Part shown: piece by piece, positions 1 through 9,180 of the stretch
Layout: every line of letters begins with the position of its first letter
Position numbering within the stretch: the first letter of the stretch is position 1
Source: an uncultured Candidatus Saccharibacteria bacterium
Lineage (GTDB): Bacteria > Patescibacteriota > Minisyncoccia > UBA6257 > 2-01-FULL-56-20
NCBI GenBank assembly: GCA_964403045.1
Contig: CAYOEP010000001.1
Coordinates: 9,009 to 73,008, forward strand
DNA length: 64,000 nucleotides
Direction of reading: 5' to 3'
Translations under genes and position numbers: made by a program
Notes under the pieces: generated by a model
The model's database searches: none
Told to the model about the DNA's origin: nothing
Seen by the model: the letters and a program-made list of their open reading frames with translations, nothing else

Positions 1-383
1 CTGTCGCTGAGCACCTCTTCTTCCTTGTTGGCGATCTTTACCACTTTGCCGTCTGGCTGGATAAGCAGCACGCTGCTGTCTTCGCGCACAAAGTAGTCTG
101 CCACGGGATTTTGCGCGACAGCTTCAAATACCGCCCGGGCTTCTTTACTGAGTTTTGTAGGATCAACTACTGGAAGAAGACTGCCGTCTTGGCCGATAAG
201 CCCTCCAGTTTCGGTAGTCGGCTGTGGCGGAGTACCGGGAGGGAGAAGTCCTCCTTGTGGTGTGCCAGGCCCATGTTCTCCCGGGGGCGTTACCGAAGTT
301 CCTCTGCCAAAGAGGAAGTAGGCAATTAGGATGATTGCCGCAATGAGCGCAATGATTCCAACGATAGAAAGAATACGCTTCAT
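1..383 (-). CDS. Partial (runs off window) membrane-anchored exported protein
   Basis: Manual translation from ATG at 383: MKRILSIVGIIALIAAIILIAYFLFGRGTSVTPPGEHGPGTP..., open to the window edge; N-terminal TM followed by a Pro/Gly linker; TATAAT upstream. Confidence 0.75.
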   Translation of the reverse strand, partial: MKRILSIVGIIALIAAIILIAYFLFGRGTSVTPPGEHGPGTPQGGLLPPGTPPQPTTETGGLIGQDGSLLPVVDPTKLSKEARAVFEAVAQNPVADYFVREDSSVLLIQPDGKVVKIANKEEEVLSD

Positions 384-425
384 ATTGAATCTGCTAATAA
401 TTATACACTATTGGCATTTGCGCTT

Positions 426-1094
426 TCATTGAACCACTAGACAGGTTCCCCCGGTACGCGACAATTTCACACAGCTTGTACAGGCGTTAGCTTCATTCAT
501 GCAAGCACTCATGGCCTTTTGGGGGCAAGGGGGAAGGGAAGGACAAGAAGCACATGGGCGGGTAAATGCTTCGTCATGAGGAGTTCTCGAGCGTACTTTA
601 CGACAAACAATCACATCTCTTTTTGTAGTATGCACGGTACCACTCATAAGCCATTGTTCGATGTCGTGGGGCACGCCACGCGCCTCGAGTTTTTGGACTG
701 CTGGGTTTTGTAGTTTTGCAATGTCGGGGTTGATGGTGTTGAAGATAAGAGAGGCTCCTACTAAGAGAAGTATTCCAGTGATTGCGCTCTTGATTCTGTC
801 TTTGGCGTCGGACTGCTTTGAGGCGTTGCCTGCCGAAACACTGTACTCAATAGCAGCAATTACGACGGCGCCGAAGGCGAGGAGCCCAACTACCGCGAGC
901 GAGAAGTTATAGAGGTTGCGGACAGTTTCCGCAGGAGTGTTCCCGCTTTCTCCCTCGGGAGTAGGGATGTACATTTTTACGTTAACCGCGTGCACTACTT
1001 GAAATGTAGAGAATATAGAAGCAATGAAGCCGATAATTAAGGCAAGCACAATGATGTTGCCGTTGCTACACTTAACCTTGGGAAGATTTGGCAT
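426..1094 (-). CDS. TrbC/VirB2-like pilin with Cys-rich C-terminal extension
   Basis: Signal-like N-terminus; two TMs around 'EYSVSAGNASKQSDAKDRIKSAITGILLL...INP', typical of CPR VirB2-like pilins; 9 Cys in the C-terminal part. Confidence 0.75.
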   Translation of the reverse strand: MPNLPKVKCSNGNIIVLALIIGFIASIFSTFQVVHAVNVKMYIPTPEGESGNTPAETVRNLYNFSLAVVGLLAFGAVVIAAIEYSVSAGNASKQSDAKDRIKSAITGILLLVGASLIFNTINPDIAKLQNPAVQKLEARGVPHDIEQWLMSGTVHTTKRDVIVCRKVRSRTPHDEAFTRPCASCPSLPPCPQKAMSACMNEANACTSCVKLSRTGGTCLVVQ

Positions 1095-1108
1095 TTTCCT
1101 TGTTTTCT

Positions 1109-2323
1109 TTAGGGAAGGTAAGTAAGAGAGAGAGAAATATTTGCAGACGTAATTCCAAGCTGATCAGTGACATTTTCTGCTTCAACCAGAATATTTATTT
1201 CTTTCTTCTGTTTTACGTCAGTCATGTCTATGTCAAGAAAGGTTTGATTTTTGGGATTTGTTACAGAAGCACGATTTCCATCTATTTCCCATGAGAGGAT
1301 GATGCTAGCAAGGGCATCTTTGCTGTAGTAGAATATTTTTGCAGGGAGGCGTGCTTTTTGCGAGGAAAACACATGATGAGGAAAAGGCGCCTCGAGAACC
1401 ACCTTTGGAAAAATTACAGGCACGCGTATGGTAGTTACTGCACCCAGCCTTTCAGGGTGGTTTTTATAGTTTGATACTTCTACTCTTACCCTGTGGTAAG
1501 TATCTCCCATTCTAAATGTGCGGAAGGAGAAAGTCTGCAGCCCTATGCCGCTCTCTATAAGTTCATCATCAAGATACCATCGTATTTGCCTATTCGAGAG
1601 ATCTACCAGCTTATTGTTGTCTATAATATTGAATGACACGTTAATTTTGGTGGAGGGACCAGGGAGAGCTTTTCCTTGATACCCACGCGGTACGACACTT
1701 TCCGCTTTCCAGTCTATGAGAAATTGCACACTTGCTTCCTTGGCAAGTACTTCTTCTTCAGATTGTGGAATAGACATAAGGTAATTATTAAAACTCTCAA
1801 GCAACTTATCAAGAAGAGTGGTTGCTGCAGGATTATCTAAGGAGGGGGGGTTTTTTTCTAACTGTGAGAGCATTTCAAAAAAACTAGCTTCTGTTGTATT
1901 AGTTTGTTTGCCCTCTGTTGTAATATTAAGAGAATTAAGAAACTGTTCTAATGCTTGCTGAGAGGATTGGTTAGTAGCACTTCCGCTATTGAAATAAGTT
2001 TGATTAAGTTGCAATACTGATTTTACACCATCGATGATCTTTTGCCTCATGCTTTTTTTGAAGCCTTCTGCTTTGAGGTTGTTTTCTAACTCTTGGACAA
2101 GCTGTTGCTGATTTAATTTTCCGTTGGAGTATGCATCGAGGAGTGCGTTGCTAATGATATTTTTAAGAGATATTACTTCCGCTGAAGCACCTGCAGCAAC
2201 GGCAGACCCGGCATTTGCGGAGCTTAAGGAGAAAGAAAGGAAGGCTATGACAAATATGACAAAAAGGAAAATTATTGTTAGAAATCTCGCCCTAGCTTGC
2301 ATACTTGCATAATTGTTTACCAT
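1109..2323 (-). CDS. Exported protein with C-terminal Ig/PKD-like beta domains, T4SS-locus associated
   Basis: Signal peptide; 'W.A.S.VP..YQGKALP' and 'RWYLDD..I.SG.G.Q.F.F' beta-rich motifs. Confidence 0.6.
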   Translation of the reverse strand: MVNNYASMQARARFLTIIFLFVIFVIAFLSFSLSSANAGSAVAAGASAEVISLKNIISNALLDAYSNGKLNQQQLVQELENNLKAEGFKKSMRQKIIDGVKSVLQLNQTYFNSGSATNQSSQQALEQFLNSLNITTEGKQTNTTEASFFEMLSQLEKNPPSLDNPAATTLLDKLLESFNNYLMSIPQSEEEVLAKEASVQFLIDWKAESVVPRGYQGKALPGPSTKINVSFNIIDNNKLVDLSNRQIRWYLDDELIESGIGLQTFSFRTFRMGDTYHRVRVEVSNYKNHPERLGAVTTIRVPVIFPKVVLEAPFPHHVFSSQKARLPAKIFYYSKDALASIILSWEIDGNRASVTNPKNQTFLDIDMTDVKQKKEINILVEAENVTDQLGITSANISLSLTYLP

Positions 2324-2390
2324 TTACCACTTGTGCTCCTCGGCTTTTACATTATAACATAACCACCCTTCTCGGATGCGCAGAACTCTC

Positions 2391-2741
2391 CTACTTTGAT
2401 GTTCTCGTGGTTTTCGCAATAACGTTTGCTTTTTTTGCAATCTTTGGATTATTAGTAATAAGCACAGTTATTAAAAAGCCGATAGTTTGTCCGAAAGGAA
2501 AGCCAAGAAGATCTGCAATACTTGTTGCAAGGTAAGCATTTCCTCTAACACCTTTAATGTTGAACCAGAGCTGAAGTGAAAACCAGAGGATAAGGCTGTA
2601 GGCTTTTGCAAAAGCAAGTAAAAAAAATCCAAGAATAGGTATAGCTACAAGGAACTCCCCCGCGACATCAAGCCCGTCACTTGCAAAAAGAAGGGGGAGT
2701 ACAATTAAAATTGTGGGGAGAGAGAATTTTTTTCCTTCCAT
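2391..2741 (-). CDS. Small multi-TM membrane protein downstream of VirB4
   Basis: Likely start ATG 2741 (MEGKKFSLP), just after the virB4 stop; about 3 hydrophobic segments. Confidence 0.6.
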   Translation of the reverse strand: MEGKKFSLPTILIVLPLLFASDGLDVAGEFLVAIPILGFFLLAFAKAYSLILWFSLQLWFNIKGVRGNAYLATSIADLLGFPFGQTIGFLITVLITNNPKIAKKANVIAKTTRTSK

Positions 2742-2754
2742 AATAGATAATAGA

Positions 2755-4497
2755 TTAGGAACCTTCGTCTGACTCTTGTAGCTCTTGAGCTTGCTCCATA
2801 AGCTGTTTGGGGTCGGTGGTAATAATTTTGTCTTCAAAGTAGGAAGCGATGATTTGAATGGCAACATGGTTTTGCCCCGCAAAGAAAAGGCCGGTCCCCC
2901 GCGGGGCTTCGAGGAGATAATTTTTCTCTGCTTCTGTGAGGTTGAATGCTTTCCCTACCACATCAATAGTCGCGGGCGATTGGCGGAGGAGAAGCTGGAT
3001 AGTGGAGTTGGTGATAATGGGGCGCCCGTATTTCGAGTTCAGGAAATCTTCCACGTCTTGGGTGATGGTGGTAATGCCAAGATAGTACTTTCGCCCCCTC
3101 TTAACAAGACCAAAGAGGAAGCGCGCGCCTTCCTCGTGCTGCATCATTGTCCACGCCTCGTCCACGATGAGGATACGCTTCGCGCGCCGCGCTCTGACGA
3201 GATTCCAGATAAAATTCAGTACAATATACATCGCGATGGGGCGGAGCTCATCTTCGAGATCGCGGATAGAGAAGATAATAAAGCGATTGTTTACGTCGAT
3301 GTTGGTGGGCTTGTTGAGGAATCCCGAAAAGCTCCCCTTGGTGTATTTGTAGAGGCGGTCAGCCATCCCCCGTCCCCCTTCGAGGTTGCGGAGAATAGTT
3401 TCGAGATCTTCGAGGAGCGGCGGCTCCGCTCCGGTGAAGTCTTCTCCTGGTACGATTTCGCGGGAGGCATATGCCTCGGTGATGGCGCGGTCGAGGATAG
3501 AATCCTCCTCGCTACTTAGTGAGCCGCCCAGCATTAGCTTGAGAAGTCCTGCGATATTGACAATATGCGAGCGGAGTACATCAGACGGATCTTCGCCTTC
3601 TGGCACGACGGGAACGTCGAAGGGATTAATGTGCTCTTCTGAGGAAAGGGAAATGTTGAAGTAGCTCCCCCCGAACGCCTCCGCGAGCGGCTTGTACTCA
3701 TTTTCAGGGTCAATCACGATGACTTCCGTGCCCATCATTAGGGAGCGGAGGATTTCCAGTTTGGTGGCATAGGACTTTCCTGCGCCGGATCGCGCGAACA
3801 CGACTTGGTTGGCATTTTCCAGCGAGAAACGGTCAAAGATAATAAGGCTGTTGTTCTGGCGGTTGATGCCGTACATAATGCCCTCGTCGGAGGTAAGGTT
3901 CTCTGAAACGAAAGGAAAGAAGGAAGAAAGCGGCCCCGAGTTCATTGGGTTCGTGATGGAAATTTTGTCTTCTACCATAGGCAGGATGGTGGAAAATCCC
4001 TCGAGCTGCTGGAAGAGTGCTGGCTTGAAGTAGGTAAGCTTCGCGTCCATCAGTGAAAGGACTTTGCTTTCCAGCTTCGCAAGCTCCTCTTTGCTGTCGG
4101 CATAGATTGTAAGGTAAACACCTACGTTGAAAAGTTTTTCTTGTGATTGCTGGAGAAGGTCGCGGAGATTTTCCACATCGTGAAGCGCAGTTTCGAGCAA
4201 GGGGTCCCGCACTTCCCCCTTTTCCTCTTTGTCTTCAAGCTGGGATTGTATCTGCGCGGTCTTTTTTCGGAGCTTCTTGAGCGCGATGCCGGTGTCGACA
4301 GGTGAGATATGGATGGAAATATCGAAAAGATTGGGGAGGTTGATGAGGGGCGCGAACCAGCCGGTGGAAAGATAGCGGGGATAAGAAAGGATATAGAGTG
4401 TTTTCGCAAACTTATCTCCTATCTTGAGATAGTTCGACTCGACTTTGATGCCTGAGGAGGCAATGATTTTTTTGATACTGTCAAACCTTTCTGACAT
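2755..4497 (-). CDS. virB4: VirB4/ConE-like T4SS ATPase
   Basis: Walker A ARSGAGKS, 'VIVIDPENEY', 'HINPFD', Walker B 'LIVDEAW', 'RGRKYYLGITTITQDVEDF'. Confidence 0.9.
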   Translation of the reverse strand: MSERFDSIKKIIASSGIKVESNYLKIGDKFAKTLYILSYPRYLSTGWFAPLINLPNLFDISIHISPVDTGIALKKLRKKTAQIQSQLEDKEEKGEVRDPLLETALHDVENLRDLLQQSQEKLFNVGVYLTIYADSKEELAKLESKVLSLMDAKLTYFKPALFQQLEGFSTILPMVEDKISITNPMNSGPLSSFFPFVSENLTSDEGIMYGINRQNNSLIIFDRFSLENANQVVFARSGAGKSYATKLEILRSLMMGTEVIVIDPENEYKPLAEAFGGSYFNISLSSEEHINPFDVPVVPEGEDPSDVLRSHIVNIAGLLKLMLGGSLSSEEDSILDRAITEAYASREIVPGEDFTGAEPPLLEDLETILRNLEGGRGMADRLYKYTKGSFSGFLNKPTNIDVNNRFIIFSIRDLEDELRPIAMYIVLNFIWNLVRARRAKRILIVDEAWTMMQHEEGARFLFGLVKRGRKYYLGITTITQDVEDFLNSKYGRPIITNSTIQLLLRQSPATIDVVGKAFNLTEAEKNYLLEAPRGTGLFFAGQNHVAIQIIASYFEDKIITTDPKQLMEQAQELQESDEGS

Positions 4498-4502
4498 AGG
4501 CG

Positions 4503-5225
4503 CTAGGATGTTGCATTGTCGCTGGGAGCATTTTCCTCTCGTGTTTCTTGGGGTAGCTCGAGATCTTCCCGCTCCACAGTTTCCGGATTGTAGAAGTTGT
4601 AGAAAAGCTCTACGATTTCTTGGTCGTTGAGCACCTTTGTTTCCAACCCCATCGCACGGATTCCTCCCTCCACCTGTGCAACCCGCTGATTGAGCTGGTC
4701 GAGGTTGCGTGCAAAATTTTTCTCTGCCTCTTCTTGGATTTTCTTTTCCCGTTCCTTCTTACTCTCTTTTTTGAAGAATGGGAAAATGCCGCCAAATTTC
4801 GCGCCCGCCCCGCTGGCTAGCGAAACGGAGCCGGAGAACGTAACCACGACGAAGAATTTTTTCTCCATAATTTCATTTTCAGCGACGAACGCTTTCACAA
4901 ACTCGCGGTACTCGGTAAGCTGGTCGCGCAGGAGCTCGGACGGCTCTTCCTCAATACGCTTGTCGATAGTGGCAATGTAATGGTCGATATTGAGCTTGCG
5001 GGAGTGCACAATGATCTGCAGGGGAAAATCGATTCCATTGAGAAAATTTTGAAAGCTGTGCGTGAGGATGTTCTGCTCGTCAACTGATTTAAGAGAGAAA
5101 TTAACTCCGGAGACCATAATAATTTTCAAGAGGCGCCCGTCTTTTGCAAGAATTGCACCTTCCTTGAGGTCCTTGATAGGGATAAGGTCTTGCGTGTTGC
5201 CAAAATTCGCAGTGCTGGAGCTCAT
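4503..5225 (-). CDS. VirB4 N-terminal-like/TraE-like T4SS protein (split from the ATPase)
   Basis: 'TQDLIPIKDLKEG..', 'VNFSLKS.DEQ', 'FLNGIDFPLQI', 'ELFYNFYNP'; lies between prgI and virB4. Confidence 0.75.
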   Translation of the reverse strand: MSSSTANFGNTQDLIPIKDLKEGAILAKDGRLLKIIMVSGVNFSLKSVDEQNILTHSFQNFLNGIDFPLQIIVHSRKLNIDHYIATIDKRIEEEPSELLRDQLTEYREFVKAFVAENEIMEKKFFVVVTFSGSVSLASGAGAKFGGIFPFFKKESKKEREKKIQEEAEKNFARNLDQLNQRVAQVEGGIRAMGLETKVLNDQEIVELFYNFYNPETVEREDLELPQETREENAPSDNATS

Positions 5226-5290
5226 AGAGATGGTAAGATTTTTGCTGCTTTAATTATATCCTGAGGGGGGCAAAGAGAAAAATGTTGTGG

Positions 5291-5794
5291 TTAATAATCT
5301 ACCCGCTTCGCGATCTTGCGTTGTCCTGAAATGTCTTCGAGAACTTCATAGCGCTCTTGCTGGCTTGCTGCCGCCTGCTTCTTTTGGGAGGAAGATTGCA
5401 GTTTGTGCCACGCCTGCTTGAGGGCAGTGCCGTAGATAATTTGGTCGAGGGCAATCCCGCTTTTCTTAGCTTCCTCCCGCAGTGCATCTTTCGATTTTTG
5501 CATATGGGGCTGATCCGGCTTCCACACGTAGGTTTGTGGGTTCCAGATGAAGAAGAACGCGGAGAGGAGGACTTTTGGGAGTTCGCGGCCATTGATTTTG
5601 ATGAAAGCAAGGGCGCCGGCAGCAGAAACGAGCACAAGGGAAATCATAAACCATGTCCCCATATTGCCGAGGAAAAAGAAGAGGAAAAACGAAATCACGC
5701 CCGCAGAGCCCACGTAGAGGAACTGCTTGAGCGTAAAAGGTCCGATGATTTTGTCTTCGGTTTCTATGAACTGGGGAACTTGGAATTGCGCCAT
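5291..5794 (-). CDS. prgI: PrgI family (VirB3-like) membrane protein
   Basis: 'QFQVPQFIETEDKIIGPFTLKQF', two TMs, 'KINGR'. Confidence 0.85.
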   Translation of the reverse strand: MAQFQVPQFIETEDKIIGPFTLKQFLYVGSAGVISFFLFFFLGNMGTWFMISLVLVSAAGALAFIKINGRELPKVLLSAFFFIWNPQTYVWKPDQPHMQKSKDALREEAKKSGIALDQIIYGTALKQAWHKLQSSSQKKQAAASQQERYEVLEDISGQRKIAKRVDY

Positions 5795-5875
5795 AGCTTT
5801 GCTACCAGTATACCGCAGAATGGCCTGCCGCTACACTCTCGTCTCGCGGCTCTTAGGAGCGCTTTTGGGGAGATG

Positions 5876-6898
5876 TTATTTATCGGAAAGCTTTACTTTT
5901 TTGAGATGGGTGGTGTCTACTACCACACGGGGCGGGGTGGTAGCGCGCGGCGGTGGAGGCGGCGGAGGAGGAAGCGTGCCGCGCGCCTCTTTCTGCTGAG
6001 GGCGCGGAGGCGCTTGGGGCGGTGGAGATTGCGCGGAGGACGTGCCAATTTCAACGTGGGCAGGGCGGATATGGACGGTGGCAGACTGGATAGTAGAAGG
6101 AGCAGAGAAATCCTTTTTCTTCTCGAGAACATTTGATTTTACGGAGAGCCCTTTCTTGATCGGGGCGGCATCGCCGCGCTGGTAGAGCATATGCGGGGCT
6201 CGCACGGGAGGTTGCTGTGCGGGGCGGTGCGGTTGCGGCGGTGCGCTTGGCACAGGCGGGTGCGGGGATGCAGGCGGAGGGGAAGGATGAGAAACTGCCG
6301 CCGGCTTGGGAGTTGGCGGCTTGGGGCGAGGCGCAACAGGGGCTTGAGGCTTATGGATAACTACGCGGGGAGTGGAAATGGTGACTTCCTGCTGAGGAGG
6401 CTGCGGAGGTGCCTTTAGCGGAGGAGGGGCAGATTTATGCGAAGAGGTTGGTTGAGGAGGCGCGGAAGGAGGAGCTGGCTGTGCCGCTATTGCTTTTTTA
6501 GGGGGAAGCGTGGGGGGCGGTGTTTTTTTTTCTGGCTCCTGCGTTTCTTCTTCGTGGGGATGTGGGAGCGGCGCGTATACCTTGTCGAGCTCGTCGCGAA
6601 TGCCTTGGAAGATTCGATTCTCGAGGGAATTTGCAATACTTTCAGCAGTTTTGGGGTCAATCGAACTCTCTTGAGTAATAAGATGCGCTGCTTCTTCGGG
6701 ATGGAGAAAGCCGAGCAGCACGAGACCTGTCGCGCTCGCGATGGCAGGAACTTTTTCGGAGGGTATATGATGTTGCTCGGCAATTCGCGAAATTGTTTCC
6801 GCTATTTGAGGAGAGAAAATTAAGTCCTGAAGGAACTTGGGCAGGGTAAGAAATCGCTTGCGCGCCTGCTGAGTTGTAGGAATTGGAATGGCTGCCAT
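5876..6898 (-). CDS. Hypothetical protein: helical N-terminal domain plus long Pro-rich disordered tail
   Basis: 340 aa ORF co-oriented in the T4SS locus; PPPPPPP tract near the C-terminus. Confidence 0.7.
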   Translation of the reverse strand: MAAIPIPTTQQARKRFLTLPKFLQDLIFSPQIAETISRIAEQHHIPSEKVPAIASATGLVLLGFLHPEEAAHLITQESSIDPKTAESIANSLENRIFQGIRDELDKVYAPLPHPHEEETQEPEKKTPPPTLPPKKAIAAQPAPPSAPPQPTSSHKSAPPPLKAPPQPPQQEVTISTPRVVIHKPQAPVAPRPKPPTPKPAAVSHPSPPPASPHPPVPSAPPQPHRPAQQPPVRAPHMLYQRGDAAPIKKGLSVKSNVLEKKKDFSAPSTIQSATVHIRPAHVEIGTSSAQSPPPQAPPRPQQKEARGTLPPPPPPPPRATTPPRVVVDTTHLKKVKLSDK

Positions 6899-6918
6899 AA
6901 GGAGTTAATAGGAGTTAA

Positions 6919-9171
6919 TTATGACGACGGATGTTCTTCGCTTGTGACGTTGCCCTTTTCATCAAAGGTGGTGCGAGAACGTACATTCCTCGGCGCCTCT
7001 TCAAGGTTTTCTTTGTCCACCGGCCTTCCCGACGCATCGTAGAGGACCACTTTTTCTTTTGTTGGTTCTGGGGATTTCTTCTCAGCCGAAGGCGTGCCGC
7101 CTTTCAGGAAAATCTCCAGCTCTTTCTCTCCCCGGATGCCAAGGATATTAAGCGCAGCGTTGCTGTTGAACCAGCGGCGGTTTTGCGGGCTGAAGTGCTC
7201 CGGCTTGAGCCCGATATCTTGAGCAGTCTTCTGGTAGGCGCCAAGCGCGTTGTTTTTAGCGAGTTCTTTAAAGAATTCCGACAAATTGTGCGGCGAGAAT
7301 CCCTTCGCAATGCCCAGTATAATTTCTGCCCGGAGAGAATGCAGACCAGCAGCATCCAGTCCATATGGAGTTTTGCCCTTTTTGATATCTTCCTCGCTGA
7401 CGGAAAAGATCTTTGAGAGAGCTTCCGGGCTTGCGGCCTTGAGAGCTTTCTCCTTCTTTTCTTTGAGTTTTTGAATTTCTTCTGCAGGGGCGCCGCGTTT
7501 TTCGGCGGCTTCGAGTTCTTGTTTTGCTTCCACGAGAGCAACGCCGGACTTTCCGCGAAGTTCTTCAAATGTCTTGGCACGGTGGAAGCGCTTAAACTTC
7601 CCTGCATTCTCTTTCGAGAGTAATTTCTCGGCTCCTTGTACTTCATTGAGTCGCCCCGCCTTATTGATGAGCTCCAGCATTGCAATTTGCTCGGGGGTGC
7701 TTTTTGCTGCGTGCACTGATTTGATCATCTGGTCTACGCTCATCTTCTTCTCAAGGCGTGCCTTTTCTGCATCTACGAGCTTCTCTCCGTGGCTCCGGGC
7801 GATCGTTTCTAACCCTCTCCCTGCTCTCTTTGTAAGTCTGCCAACGACAGGCACACTGTGAAGTGTTTTAATCCACCCCTCTGCTGCCTCCTTGTTCTGA
7901 AGTTGTTCAGTGATTTTCTGACCTCGTTCTGTTCGCAACGGCGCAGTGGCTATTCTCCCCATGCCTCTCCCGATGCCTCGCGCTCCGCGCGCCGCTCCCA
8001 TGCCCATAAACCTTCCGCCTTTCTTCGCCCATGCCATTGCCGTTCCTGCTCCTGCAATAGAAAGCCGTTGTGCTACTACAAGTCCTCCCCATATAAGACC
8101 AACGACTACCGCAGATTGCAATCCTGCTTTCAGAATATGGGCGAAAGTCTCTGTTATGAACTGAACTATGCCTTTATAGGAATCGCCTTTCGTTGCTGCA
8201 TCGACGTAAGGCTCTGTTGCAACTCCCGCCATTGCTGCAACCCATAAAAAGAAAAGCATAATTGGCGCGAAGATGGTCCACTTGATGAATACCGACCACC
8301 ATTCACTCCAGTATTTTCTCGTAGTTGGAAAGACCCAAAGTACCCAGATAAGTGGCATGATAATAAGAAGAATAGAAAGCACTACATACCGTATGAGGAG
8401 CATTATCCCAATTGCCCCAACGACTACCGATGTCAGAGCAAGTGCAACGGTCATGAATCCGAGCACGACGATAACATAAAATACTCCTTCCGATTGCGCT
8501 GTTTCCGCGAATACCGATTTTAACTCATTAGCGGCTTGTTTATCTAAATGCCCGGAGCCCGGCTCATTTTCCGGCGTAAAAAACCGCTGGGGATTCAAGG
8601 CCCCCATAATCCTTATGGATAAGCCATCCGGTCCATTGAATCCCTTATCGATGATATATGAGGTAAAAGAATCTGCGGTCCCGATAATGGGCCCTACGAT
8701 CACGAGACTGAAGTTGACGAGAAGCGCGGCGATGATGAGCTTTGCGAAGGCTTTCTTGATGCCGTATTCTTGGACACGAAGAATAGTTGCAACAGCGATG
8801 ACAATTAGGATTGCAGCGAAGCCAAGGTTTGCGATAGAAAGTGATGCCTGAAAACCGTTTTCAACAGTTAGATTGTTATTGAGAATATTCTTGCTTACTT
8901 CGAGAATGAGGTCGATAAAGAAGAATTCCACGTTGAGGATGAACGCGAAAAATGTCGCTATTGCTGAGGCGAGCATTCCGACCACATAGCCGAAGAACCA
9001 TTGGAGGGCGCTCTCAAAAGAAGCTCTCGCGGGCAAGGGAGAAGAAATTCCTACGAATGTTGCAACGGCAAGGAGCAGAAATAGGAAGGGGACTAAGGGG
9101 CGTTTCTTGAATTTTGGACGTACCTGCACAATGGTCAAAACCCTTCGCTTTTTTGATGGTTGTATTGCCAT
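6919..9171 (-). CDS. Extended VirB6/TrbL-like polytopic membrane protein
   Basis: Multi-TM core 'LLIRYVVLSILLIIMPLIWVLWVFP.T..YWSEWW..FIKW..FAP', then a long charged C-terminal extension. Confidence 0.8.
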   Translation of the reverse strand: MAIQPSKKRRVLTIVQVRPKFKKRPLVPFLFLLLAVATFVGISSPLPARASFESALQWFFGYVVGMLASAIATFFAFILNVEFFFIDLILEVSKNILNNNLTVENGFQASLSIANLGFAAILIVIAVATILRVQEYGIKKAFAKLIIAALLVNFSLVIVGPIIGTADSFTSYIIDKGFNGPDGLSIRIMGALNPQRFFTPENEPGSGHLDKQAANELKSVFAETAQSEGVFYVIVVLGFMTVALALTSVVVGAIGIMLLIRYVVLSILLIIMPLIWVLWVFPTTRKYWSEWWSVFIKWTIFAPIMLFFLWVAAMAGVATEPYVDAATKGDSYKGIVQFITETFAHILKAGLQSAVVVGLIWGGLVVAQRLSIAGAGTAMAWAKKGGRFMGMGAARGARGIGRGMGRIATAPLRTERGQKITEQLQNKEAAEGWIKTLHSVPVVGRLTKRAGRGLETIARSHGEKLVDAEKARLEKKMSVDQMIKSVHAAKSTPEQIAMLELINKAGRLNEVQGAEKLLSKENAGKFKRFHRAKTFEELRGKSGVALVEAKQELEAAEKRGAPAEEIQKLKEKKEKALKAASPEALSKIFSVSEEDIKKGKTPYGLDAAGLHSLRAEIILGIAKGFSPHNLSEFFKELAKNNALGAYQKTAQDIGLKPEHFSPQNRRWFNSNAALNILGIRGEKELEIFLKGGTPSAEKKSPEPTKEKVVLYDASGRPVDKENLEEAPRNVRSRTTFDEKGNVTSEEHPSS

Positions 9172-9180
9172 TACCTCTTT

